Positions 41,141 to 53,822 of a stretch of 64,000 nucleotides of DNA are shown piece after piece; within the stretch, counting starts at the first letter, position 1, and each line of letters begins with the position of its first letter. The notes under the pieces were generated by a model. That model did not search any database. It was given only the letters and a program-made list of their open reading frames with translations, and was not told where the DNA came from. The DNA is from Eledone cirrhosa (taxonomy: Eukaryota). The stretch lies in assembly GCA_964016885.1 (NCBI GenBank), contig OZ024743.1, positions 197,718,001 through 197,782,000 on the forward strand, written 5' to 3'. The translations under genes were made by a program, and so were the position numbers.

Positions 41141-41222
41141 CATATATACATATATATAGAGAGATATACAATTATATATATATATATATATATATAATTG
41201 TATATCTCTCTATATATATGTA

Positions 41223-41278
<56 letters not shown>

Positions 41279-41458
41279 TGTATGTATGTATGTATGTATG
41301 TATGTATGTATGTATGTATGTATGTATGTATGTATGTATGTATGTATCTATGTATGTATGTATGTAAATATGTAAAAGGTAAACAGAAATACCAATACAA
41401 TCGGTACAATATATGGAAGGAATATATTAGGTTAACGCTTGATATAGCAGGAAGAGGG

Positions 41459-41494
41459 TCTTAACGTTTCGCACGCTAGTGCTTCATCAGAAGA
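41459..41494 (-). ncRNA. Minimal hammerhead ribozyme, family A
   Basis: Minus strand TCTT-CTGATGA-a-GCAC-tagc-GTGC-GAAA-CG-TT-AAGA. Confidence 0.85.
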
Positions 41495-41810
41495 ACGAAT
41501 CGGAAATTAGAAAGATTGAAGGGACGGGCTCGGCGGGATCGGAAAAGATGTTTTTAGAGAAGAATAACAGGTCCATTCATGTTCCCATCTCGTTCGGATC
41601 TAGCTGTCGAAACGGCCGGAGCTCAGCCGTCGGGGTCCTGACTCTTTTACTATTACCCACTCTACTACCCATAGTATCGAGTACTTTTGTGTTTTATGGT
41701 CCACCTGGTTCCTTACTACACTTCTTTCGTTATGTATATATATTTATCTAAAGACATTTTTTCCAATTCCAACCCGCCCGTCCCCTCAATTTATGTTATT
41801 TCTCATTCTT

Positions 41811-41845
41811 TCTTCTGATGAAGGATTAGCGTCCGAAGCGTTAAG
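41811..41845 (+). ncRNA. Minimal hammerhead ribozyme, family A (A15.1 mutated)
   Basis: TCTT-CTGATGA-a-GGAT-tagc-GTCC-GAAG-CG-TT-AAGA. Confidence 0.7.
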
Positions 41846-44800
41846 ACCCTCTTCCTGCTATATCAAGCGTTAACCTAATATATCCCTTCCATATTGTTCC
41901 TATTGTGCTGTTATTTCTGTTTACCTTTGCATACATATATATATATATATGTGTGTGTGTGTATGTGTGTATGTATGTGTGTGTGTATGTGTGTCTGTGT
42001 GTCTGTGTGTTTGTGTGTCTGTATGTTTGTGTGTGTGTGTGTATACAGAGTGAGAGAGAGTGAGAGGAGGGAGAGAAAGAGGGGTGCGATCCACGCGTAA
42101 AATATTACATGTATTAAAGAAAATCATTGTAGAAACAGCAAGCGTTTCCAAAAGGAGGCAAATGAGTCCCAAAGACATAGAGTAGTATGTCTAAAAAAAT
42201 AATGTCTTAAAAATAGAAATAAAATAAGAAATACAAGCTAAAACGTCAACAATCGAATATACAGAGTTTTGTTATTTCCAGCGAGAGATGCCAACAAATA
42301 ATGCTAGCGACAGATCCTAGCAACATATGTCGTCCCTAAGGAACAGCCTGCTTTAGTACTAAATACACATTTTGTATTGATGTAGCTCCTAGTTCAGGAC
42401 TAGCTGTTATGACATTAGATGTATATACAATATTTCGACAAAGACTTGATTTATTTGTTTAACTAGTCGTACTCGTTGTAGTGTATGTATTGATGCAGTG
42501 TGTGTATGGTACAGAATAACCAAGTGCTGTTTCTACATCAAGTCCCATAAAGACGAAAACGGTAGCTTGTTATTTAATCTGATTTCCCTGGCTTTGTTAA
42601 ATGTGGGCGATATGTTTTGGGAATTTTAGATCCAAGAAATTTTCTCGGGGTCATTTGAAGGCTAATATTCAAACATAAAGGCGCTTTGTTGGCTGAAGTA
42701 GTAGAGAATCGGATAAAATGCCATGTTATAAGTTCTTCTGGTTCTTAACATTCTCCCAACTTTGCCTTCAATCCTTCCCAGGTCTATCCAATAAAGTACC
42801 AGTCATGTACTGGGGCTGCTTTAATCAGTTCTTTTATTTCCCCCAAAAATTTGTTGGCCCTGTTCCTAAATTAAAATTAATATTCCTAAGAGAACTTAGA
42901 GTACTAGATAAAACATACCGTTGATGTACGCTCTTCCAATAACCATCCATTAAAACATTACTTCAGATGTGTATTTATTTAAATTTAGTTAGTCAATGGA
43001 AACAAATTATGAGAGTATTTCTTCTGCTTCAACAGATAGAAGAAGAAAAAAGACAACATTTTATTTAACTTGTTAAAAGTGTTTCTTAATGATGATGGCA
43101 CCATCGATTAAATTACATCAGTAAAAATATGTCTATATTCTTTCCCTTTCAATAAAAGCACAAAGTTACAACTCGAAACATCACTAGGCGTCTGTTACTA
43201 AAGCCATGTATTTATGATCTGTACAGCAAAACGCCACGTATTTCCTTTAACGATTTATTAATAAAAAGAGTCAATGAAAACCTTCTTTCGTTCGAGCCCG
43301 TAAAAGTGGGGACTTCTGGTGCCCTTGGCCATAGGGCCACCTTCCTACTCACTACCATCGGCACAGAGTTGGCTACCCTCTGGTGTGAGTGGCCCGAGTT
43401 GGATAGTTTTTCCAGTGCGTCTCCCTCAAGATACTCCGGGGAAACGCCTTCGCCATTCTGTCCGCCGGGACAGCGGGACAGCCAGCGCATGGGGCTTTAT
43501 TTGCTTGCAATAGTGAGAGATATGGAGAGCAGGAGAGACGGAGGCAGTGACTGTGGGTGCTTGGTTCTCTTGTGTTCGGACCTTGTGTATATGTTTCACG
43601 GGCACACTCTCATGTATGTATTATATGAGTATTTCTTATTTTTAAAATACTTTTCTGTTTGTGTCTGTTAAGCTGGATTTTGCCTTTCATTTTTTGAAGT
43701 CGATAAAAAAGGCACCAGTTCAGTACTGGGGCTAACTCTCCTTTTATATCTCTTTCTCACGTCCCCTCTCTCATCATCTCTTCCATTTTCTGGACGAAAT
43801 CGTCTGTGTTCAGACAAGGAGATGAGTGGTTTATGACATGTTTAAATTGCGTGTACGTCACGACGGTATTCCTCTAGTTCCATCAGGATGTATTGGTCCA
43901 TACACACTGTTAGTGTGGTGGTTAGTGATAGTGAAACTATGTAACCGGACTATAACTAATCATGGGTGGTACACCTAACCCATCGCTTGGTTTTACGCCA
44001 CCATGTAATCACTTTGTTGCAAGTATTTGGACAAATCTGTTGTTTCAGGATAACCCACGAGCCATAGTTTCTTACTCTAAGTTCCCAATCAGTGTCTTTA
44101 GTTCTGTTGTAAGCATTTGGCTATTTAACGGTCAGGGAATAGTTTCCTTTTACCAGTCCTGGAGGTTCTGTAAATTGTAAAAGGCGCTAATCTTGGTCTT
44201 CTGACTGAGCGATAAAATTGTGACTAGTTCGCATTAGTTGTCTAAAAAATCTGAAAAACAAAACAAACAAAACAAAACCAAAACAAAGCAAAAGGTAATA
44301 ATATATGACATGCAAAATAATCTGAAAATTAGAGACAAATAAACAAGTCTAAATAATGGTTTTCTCTAAACAAGAGGATCAGGTTAAATGTAAGATATAA
44401 ATGTTTTATTTAGGAATATGATGGATTATAGGATATGGCATATATCACAGAATTTACAAAGATATTCAGCATAAGGCATATATTAAGTTTCTATGTGGTC
44501 GTTTGATCTGTTAGAAATAGCAACTAAATAACGTTCAAATCAAACATCAATGTCCTAAACAAGAACAATTACGTTGTATAAAGTTAAAGTTTCAAATGCT
44601 TTTAATCATGATTTTAATCGTAACTCAATAAAGATTGATCTAAGATTAAACAACATTAAACATGTAAATTGTGTTTAGCTATAGACACCCACCAATGTAA
44701 TTACACCACAATAAAACAGTGCAATACAGGAATGACATTGACCTCTGGCTCATTGTGAAATTTGTAGGGCAATATGGGTGGGTGATATGTTGGCGGTGGC

Positions 44801-47800
44801 CCTCTAAACTGACTGGAATTTATGGTTCCTCAATCTAGCAGAGATAATCAGATGACTATTGAATAACTTGAAGAACGACATAGGAAATATCTTTTAATTT
44901 CCCTATTATTTCTAATGAAGTACATTCTGTTTTAATTAATTAATGAAGTTGGCAAAGATTTACTGAAATGATAAATTCATTAAAATGGTATTCGTATCAT
45001 AACGAAATGTTCTCATATAAAATTATGATGGAAGGTTTTAATTTAGTTATGAACCCTTTAAAATAGGTGGGTTTGTTATATAGAAACTGAAGCGATTTGG
45101 GGAGGGTAGGGTTCAAAAGAGTTAAAGAGAATATGGATTATGAATTCATCGAACACATAAATGATAGCTTATTAGTAAAAATCACAGCAATAAGCTATCA
45201 ACAGCTAAAGTTCAGCTGCCAAAAGTATGTGTGAGTAGTCTAACTGTGGGGAAACACTAAATATATTCACAAGAACTTTAGAAAATTCCAGATAACAATA
45301 CCTGGAGTAGAATGTGGGCGGCGTTGTGAGCTCTCCTTTACCCTATCTTACCATAATGGCAGCCTCTCACCCATTTTGGGGTGGCTTATCCGTATTTGTG
45401 TGGTTTATTAAAAGTTTAAATCTTTCTCAATATACTATATTAGGTTTTTGCTCCACCCAATTTATGACACGTTTTGTATTAGATATATACACCCATATGG
45501 CCAATAAAAGAAAATACTACTACTAATAATAATAATAATAATAATAATAACAATATTAACAACAACAACAATAATAATATTAATTATTATTATTATTACA
45601 ATTATTATTATTGTAATTATTGTTATTTTTGTTATTAATATTATTTATTATATCCTATAGGAGACAATATTTATCCCCCAGTCTTGCAATGTTAAAAGTA
45701 ATTATCCAGAAAAGTCTATTTCGATGAACAATGGAACTTGATCCATATGTTTGTTCAAATTATATGTGTTATTTCGTTATTGATTACTAACGAATAACTT
45801 GCCTTGTTGTCACTAAATACAGAAGTAGTCAGAACACTTTGAAGTCCATAGACCGCTGGGTAATACCTCAGTGATTTAGTGTGAAGTCGGAGACTATAAC
45901 ATTCCAGACTGGAATAATAACGACCTATTTTCGGAACTCTGCACAGCCTACAGTTGAATATTGCCCTGTCAAGAACAGGATGACGGAAGCAGCCTTCATA
46001 TTGCTAACTGATTCTAAAAGAAAGACTAAAACTGTACAGAATATTATTGCTACGCTAATTACATTTAATGTTACACAACAACGGAAACAGTTTTTGCGAT
46101 TCATTCTCGTTTTCTATATTCTCTTATTTCTATGGTTTTAGCGCAGTTACACATCATTGCTACTGTCTTTCACAGAATTGATTAACATAACTCTACGAAG
46201 TTAAAGTTCTGCCGAGTACATTATTAGACAATTATGTGTATGAAATAAACATAGCTGAAAAGAAAATCCATTTGTTTCATTCGGGGGATAGTTATAAGAA
46301 ATATTAATATTTAAAAGGTATTTTTGACCAAAGGATCAAAGTTTACATCGATTTTCCCTCTTCAACACTCCTCATTTCTGACCATTGTATTCTATAGCAT
46401 CAAACGAACCAATGAAAGAACTTCAACACAGTTGATAAACTTGCTAGAAATAGCAACCAAATATATCTCAAATTCTATATTACTGTCTAAATAAATGAAG
46501 GACGGGCTAAATAATGTTGTTCAAGATACACCATTCTTGAAAAGAATATATAGTGGCCACGGTTGGAAAGCATTAAAGGACAATAGATTTGCAGAATTGG
46601 TAGAGCGACAGATGATATGCAATTACAGTATTTGTTCTGGCTCTTTATATTCTGAGTTCGAATCTCATCGATGTCAACTTTGTCTTTCATCCTTTCTTTC
46701 TAGTATCGATAAAATACAATAGCAATCAAGTATTGGGGTTGATATAATCAATTTTGCTCTAGCCTTGTGCCTAAATTATACGCCTTTGGTCATTAGTCTA
46801 GAAGGCTCGTGATTTAGTAGTTAGAAAGCTGGATTCAGATCGAGCGATGTGTTATGACATTGAGCAAGACATTTTTTTCCCGTTGTTTATTCTGCCAGGA
46901 GTTGTAACCAGTAGATAGCATCAGCAATGGGAAATCCAATGGAAATATTGTTTTTTTTTGTCCGATTTGATGAGATCCACCCTACTCAGTAAGTGAATGA
47001 GGTCTGAGATCTTGTCGATAGTTTTTCTTTACTCCTCCTTGAACTATAAACAATAACAAAAAACACTAGATGTTAAAATATGAAACAAAATTTAATTTTA
47101 CTGGAAAGTAAAAGAAAATCTGGCCTACACAATTTACTGCAATGACAGCCCAGTTACTAATACGGCTTGAAAGGTATTTGTTAATATTTGAAAGAAAAAA
47201 AAATAAATGAGGGTGCTGGATTCGTAGAATCGGTAGAACGTTGGATAAAGTGTAATTGTGGTATTTGTTCTGACACTTTATATTTTGCGTTTAAATCACG
47301 CCAAGGTCAACTATACCTTTCATTCTTTCGGGGTCGATAAAATAAAGTTTTGTTCATATACTGGGGTTAGTTTAATAAACGGTTCTCTTCCTCCAAATTT
47401 GCTGACCTTTTACCTAAATTGAAAATCAATATTTTAAAGAAGAATAACCGAACCTGGATTGGGATAATCTGTGTTATATTTCTTAATGAGATTGTTTATG
47501 GATTATAGATAACAGAAAATTGTTTATTGCTGATCAAACTATGTGAGGAAAAACCTGTATAAAGGATATAGTATAGAACGTTTGAATAAAATTGTTTTAA
47601 TGAAACACCTTTATTTGTTTCAATTATTGCTTTGATTCCATGCTAGTACACTATATTTTGGCGGGTAATATCGGTTACATTTATCTCCAAACTCCTTCTT
47701 GAAAAGATAAAACTCATGGTAGATAAGAGCAAGATTTGAACTCTGTACGCAAAAAGAACCATAAAGTTCCATTAACTCAGCCATTCTGCCATATATTATT

Positions 47801-47841
47801 TCGGATTATAAATCTAGCATTTTAGTAAAATAATAAAGAAT

Positions 47842-48030
47842 AATGGTTTCTACTTTAGGCACAAGGCCAGCAAATACCCAGTGCATTACTGGTACTTTAT
47901 TTTATCGACCCCGTAAGGATGAAAGGCAAAGTCAACCTCGGCGGGATTTGAACTCAGATTGTAAAGGGACGTAACTATGCTGGAAAGCATGGCGTCCGAC
48001 CCTCTACTGATACTGCCAATCCACCGCCCT
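47842..48030 (-). mobile_element. tRNA-derived SINE, full length
   Basis: Reverse complement of the family at 16329-16521. Confidence 0.9.
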
Positions 48031-48424
48031 GATTAAAATAATAAAGAATAATAATTAAAAAATATATAACCTAATGTCAAAAGGCAATTATTTCAAAAGA
48101 ATTCCTGTAATACGATTCTCTAAAAGAGAAATAGATAAATAAATGAAATATATATATATATAGAGAGAGAGGGGGGGGGGGTAGAGAAAGAGTGATAAGT
48201 GGAAAATAAAATATTAAATATATTAGCAAATATAATACAACGAATTATTTTTGTTTGGAAGAATGCAAGATTATATTAGAATTTAAAAAAAGCTTTAAAA
48301 AAATATATGCTTATGCCTGAAAGCAAGGAAAAAGACTTAAAAAAGATGGTACGATTTGAAAGAATAGTTGACTGTGAATACACAGATGGTACATGTAGAA
48401 TGTTGTTTATAGAAGTGTATATAC

Positions 48425-48498
<74 letters not shown>

Positions 48499-48561
48499 AT
48501 ATATATATACATGTTTAATGTGTCTGTAGGTAAGGTCTATATATAACTATATATATATATG

Positions 48562-48722
<161 letters not shown>

Positions 48723-50114
48723 GACAAGCTGGTTAGTTGTAAAATTCTTGAATACAAGGCACCTGCAAGAAGACAAGCGAAATATTTACATAATCAACCA
48801 GTTTGTCGGACAGGTGTGATATAATATTGAAATGACAAGGATGTTTGTCGATGTGTAATAAAGATGTTCTATTGTAATTACTAAATTGGATAATAAGGAA
48901 ACAGTGATTCTATGAGTGGCTGTGGTTATTGTTATTTAGCTGCCTTGCCATCCCTGATGGAGCAGACATATGATAATAATTTCGAATTTAGGCACAAGGC
49001 CAGCAATTTGAACGAAAGGGAAAGTCGATTATATCGATTCCAGTATTAGACTAGTACTTCATATTATCGACCTCAGGAGCTTGAAAGGCAAATTTGATCT
49101 GGACATGATTTAAAACCAGAACACAGATGGCGTAATATGATAATGCGATGCAATTCACTCCATGCACTAACCATTTTCCTTATCCCTACCACTGAGCAGA
49201 CCTAGGTACTTTATTTCTAATTTTGACATAAGACCAGCAATTTTTGTAGAAAAGGGAAAATTAGATCAACCCCAATACACGCAGTCATGTATTGGGGTTT
49301 ATTCTTTATTTTATCGACCCCATTGTTTATCCCTAGCCCAGTTACGATCAAGAGGAACTATGATAATAGTAATTCCAGCTGTAACCATCCCGTCTTTGTA
49401 CATATTTATGACTACGTTGTCTAACATGTTCTTCACTTTTTAAGTACCGGGTGATTTGAAGAAGATTTAGTGGTTATTTCTAGCAGGTCGACTAATCAGG
49501 TAGAAGCTCACTTGTCAGCTCCCACTTACAGATTTTCTAGTTGTCTGTTGAAGTTAAATTAAAGCAGTAGAATTTACAGGAGAAACTGTTGAATATGAAG
49601 GAAGAACCAAGTAGTAAGTGGGCGTAGCTAAGCAATAAAGATATGTGAAGGAAACAAAACGTAGGCGTGATGTTTTAGAGTAATAGGCGTGTCTCTAATG
49701 AGTGACATAATAGGTGTGTCTATACAAATGTTAAGAATGGAAACTTGTTTGCTAGTGAATAAAATTTATTTTAATAAAGACTTTTAAGAATGCTAGTATA
49801 AAGAACACAATTAACAAAGTTATCAAGGGAGTTTAATCGTTGTCACTGAACTTGCTAGAAATAGCAACCAAATTTCCATCAAATAAGCATCGCTCTATCC
49901 TAAAAATCAAGATTATACACGTTGGATAATGTGCCCCTAGATATAGTTCGCTGAATAAACGGATAAATATCCACTAGCGTGGGTGGAGGTGGGGTGGTCT
50001 TTGACAGTGCGTCTAAGGAACTAAACGGGACTGCGAATAAATGATTATTACGATTAACATTTGATCGTGAGTTCTGAATATCAACTAATTTTCTTCCAAA
50101 ATTGAAACATGTTA

Positions 50115-50430
50115 CCCACCTACTCAGTCCATTCCTTGAGCCACCGACGTGCTATTCCCACTCGCTACCAATTCTATTGCTACTACAATAGTCTCTGTTC
50201 TTTTGAGATGTATGCTCCCGTGCTAACGTTTCTCAACAACGAACGACACATTCGTCTCAACTCTTCCTTACCCCCTATGATCATCCACTTGTTGTAGACG
50301 ACACTATAATCAACATGTTCAGTTTTTCTTTTCTAGAACATTGGTCTTTTGGAATTCTTCCCCTATCCATATTTATCTTTATCCTATAATCGCCAGCCTT
50401 CAATTATTCAAGAACAACCTGATAGAACTC
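50115..50430 (+). mobile_element. Old CR1/Jockey-group LINE 3' fragment
   Basis: HSLSHRRAIPTRYQFYCYYNSLCS...FFSRTLVFWNSSP...SLQLFKNNL resembles the L.HRR..A.L..FY.YY...C / FF.RT..LWN.LP...L..FK post-RT motifs. Confidence 0.6.
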
Positions 50431-50884
50431 AAAGTTTCGAGGTGTCAGATCAAATCAATAAAAACCTTCTCTATACTAGACTCTATTGCACCCCTTTCTA
50501 TATAATATACCCCACCACCCTTCCAGAATATGTCCGTTAGATATCTGCGCGCACGCGCGCGTGTATATGAATTTAGATGGCATATAAGCTGAGCATTAAT
50601 AGAATGTCTTACAGTACTCGTTCTGTGTTTCTCTGTATAAAGTTCAAATTCCATCGGGGTCAACTTTGACTTTCAACGTTATGGAGTGGTCAAATGGAGT
50701 ACTAGATCAGTATTGTATGTGATTTTTCTTTCTTTATCGCCTCCATTCTCTATCTCTATATAACTCATTGTACTTGTCGCTCACTTTCTGCAATCAATCA
50801 GCTTTTATGAGGTATCGAAAGTGTTGGATTCCGTGTGGCTGGAAATAAGCTGTATATATATATATATATATATAAACACGCAAA

Positions 50885-50971
<87 letters not shown>

Positions 50972-51867
50972 TTATATATATATATAGAGAGAGATAAAAT
51001 TCCAACCGTGGTGCCAAGCGGTTTCGGCTTCAGATATTACATATCTCTATACCCACGCTCGCTGCATCACCCCATGCATTGAGTAATCCCATGATTAGTA
51101 CTCTCTTCAGTCTCACCACTGTGAACTCTCTCTCTCTCCCCCTCTTTCTCTCTCTCTCTCTCTGTGTCACTCAGTCTCTCTCTCTCTCTCTCTCTCTCTG
51201 TGAAAGTATGTGGCTAAGTGGTTAGAGAATTGGATTCTCAATCGTGAGGTTGTGAGTTCGATTCCTGGACCAGGCGATGCGTTATGTCCTTGAGCAAGAC
51301 ACTTTATTTCACGTAGCTCCTTCTACCTGGATTTGCAACCGATAGATAGTATTAGCAATTGGAAAGACCAACGGAAATATTGTTTCCTCGGTCCGATTTG
51401 ACGAAAGTCGATCTTTCCTTTATATATCCGTATGTGGCTGAGAAAAAGGGGTACTGAATGCCGAAGCAGAGGTTTTAATATTCATTTATATTAAGGCTAA
51501 AAAGTGTGTCTTTCCCCAATTTCTCTAATACCCTGTCCATTATCACACCCCTAGATTCCTATCACTTTTTCTTCGCTCATAGCTTCGTACTTACATGCAC
51601 ACACACTCTTTTACTTACATATACACACACACGCACACTCATGCTTTCGCTTGTGCTCAAGCATAGCTCTTTTTACAAAACGTTTTTTTTTCCATTTCAG
51701 GTAGACGCGTGCCATCATCCACTTTTCTAAAAAAACAAATCATACACAAAACGCGAGCATGTTTTGTAAGAGATGTCAACATGAATGGACCTATTATTTT
51801 TATCTAAAACCATTTTTTCCAATTCCATCCCGCCCGTCCCCTTAATCTTTTTTTATTTCTCATTCTT

Positions 51868-51903
51868 TCTTCTGATGAAGGACTTGCGTCCGAAACGTTA
51901 AGA
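51868..51903 (+). ncRNA. Minimal hammerhead ribozyme, family A
   Basis: TCTT-CTGATGA-a-GGAC-ttgc-GTCC-GAAA-CG-TT-AAGA within element 51650-51990. Confidence 0.88.
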
Positions 51904-51984
51904 CCCTCTTCCTGCTATATCAAGCGTTAACCTAATATATACCTTCCATATACTGTACCGATTGTGTTGTTATTTCTGTTTACC

Positions 51985-52103
<119 letters not shown>

Positions 52104-53310
52104 TAAAATATGCTTTCATATTGGGTAATATGGTCGTTGATATACTTACGTCTGGATAAATAATGGAAGGTTCCTAGCTAGAAGACCCTCCTTTGATCAC
52201 AAGCCCTCTAGACTAGAACTGACTTGGGTTTAAAAAACAAAAACACCAACAACAACGGCAACAAGAAAAACAACAACAAATTCAACAGTAACAGCAACAA
52301 CATTATTCACTCTAGCCAACTGCTATATCGTTTAAAAGTTTCCACATGACTTATTACTGTAAACAGCAAGAATATTAGCCACATAAACAGTGGTTTTTGT
52401 CTCATTGTGGTTAAACTATGCTTCTTATTCAGAGATAAAACATGTAATGTTAAATGTAACGAAAGAGATTCTGAAAAATACATTACATTGTTAGAATGGA
52501 ATCTATATTGGTGCTATGGCAGTGATATCTATCACATTAACCATCTACCTGTCAAATTACGATATACATCCACAAAAAGATGTTTTTCTTTCTCTGGCTA
52601 TTTCCTTAATTAGAAACTAGACTGTCACGTGATAACACTATTACGTCATGGCACATAAGAGCAGTCTGTTATTATACACATGACCGCTGACATAGAATAA
52701 AGTTTCATCTTCCATTACGTAAGTCCTATCTGTGACACAACGGACTCCTTTGTCAGATTCCTCGTTTGCCTACCATCTTCTGCTCGAATAAATTGTCTTT
52801 TATTTTTCTTCGACGACTTTAGAACAACGCCATTCTTATATTTGTTTGTGTTGTGTTTATATATAACAGACACTGAGAAAAAAAAAAGATTTGTATTTAA
52901 TGCAAATTATTTACAGTGAAACATTTAGTTGCACCAGATTAAAACATGGTAGCTCATATCAATGTGGTTCCTATCTATCTATAATACCACTCTGTCTCCC
53001 TGGGGCTAAGTACTTCAACAACATGTTCTTACCATTCAACTACAATTAGTAGACAAATGTTAAATATATGTTATAATTTAACGAACAAATAAGCACTTTA
53101 GCAAGTTTTACCCTTGTTTTGCGCAGATGATGCTTTTTTAGTCCCGGAAATCTTGATAGAGCCGTAGGGGCGCCGTATTGAAATACGGCCTTTCTTGGGC
53201 ATTTTAAGCCTAGTGGAGCCCATCCCTCTCCAAGCTTGAGTAGAGCAGAGTTCTTCCAGAGAAAGATAGCTACTTGTGCTTTAACTGAAAGAATTTCCAG
53301 CTACTATAGT

Positions 53311-53598
53311 AAGGGGCGTGGCCTAGTAGTGAGGGTGTTGGACTTGCAATCATAATGACATGGGCTCGATTCCTGGGCTGGGTCACATGTGTTCTTGAGC
53401 AAAAGGACTTTGTTTCAGATTGCTCCAGAATACTCAGCTGAAAAACTTATGAGTATCATCAATAGCTGGGGGTTTAACCCTGCGATAGACTGGCGTCCTG
53501 TCCAAGAGGGAGTATTATACTCTTAGTCACTTCAAGCCACATAAACCAGGATAAACATCGGCCTGATGAGCCTCTGATGAGCCCGAAGCAGACTTTAG
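53311..53598 (+). mobile_element. tRNA-derived SINE with V-domain-like core
   Basis: A-box TGGCCTAGTAG, B-box GGCTCGATTCC, CCCTGCGATAGACTGGCGTCCTGTCCA core. Confidence 0.7.
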
Positions 53599-53822
53599 AA
53601 TTTTTTTATAGTAAGTTGTAGGATCGCAGACGGGCAGAATCGTTAGAGCGCCGGACAAAATGACACGTGTTATTTGTTCCTGCTTTTTACGTTGAGTTCA
53701 AATATTGCTGAGGTTAACTTTGCCGTTCATCTTTCAGTACCAATCTAGGACAAGGGTTGATTTCATTGACTTTCCTCGCCCCACAAACTACCAGGGCTTA
53801 CGTCTATATTAGAAATCATTAT

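Noticed and set aside
45925-46000. Minus-strand signal-peptide-like MKAASVILFLTG
   Set aside because: Stops after about 24 codons and has no convincing donor site
53565-53596. CTGATGAGCCTCTGATGAGCCCGAAGC as a hammerhead
   Set aside because: No GAAA/UH and no stems I or III; part of the SINE 3' region
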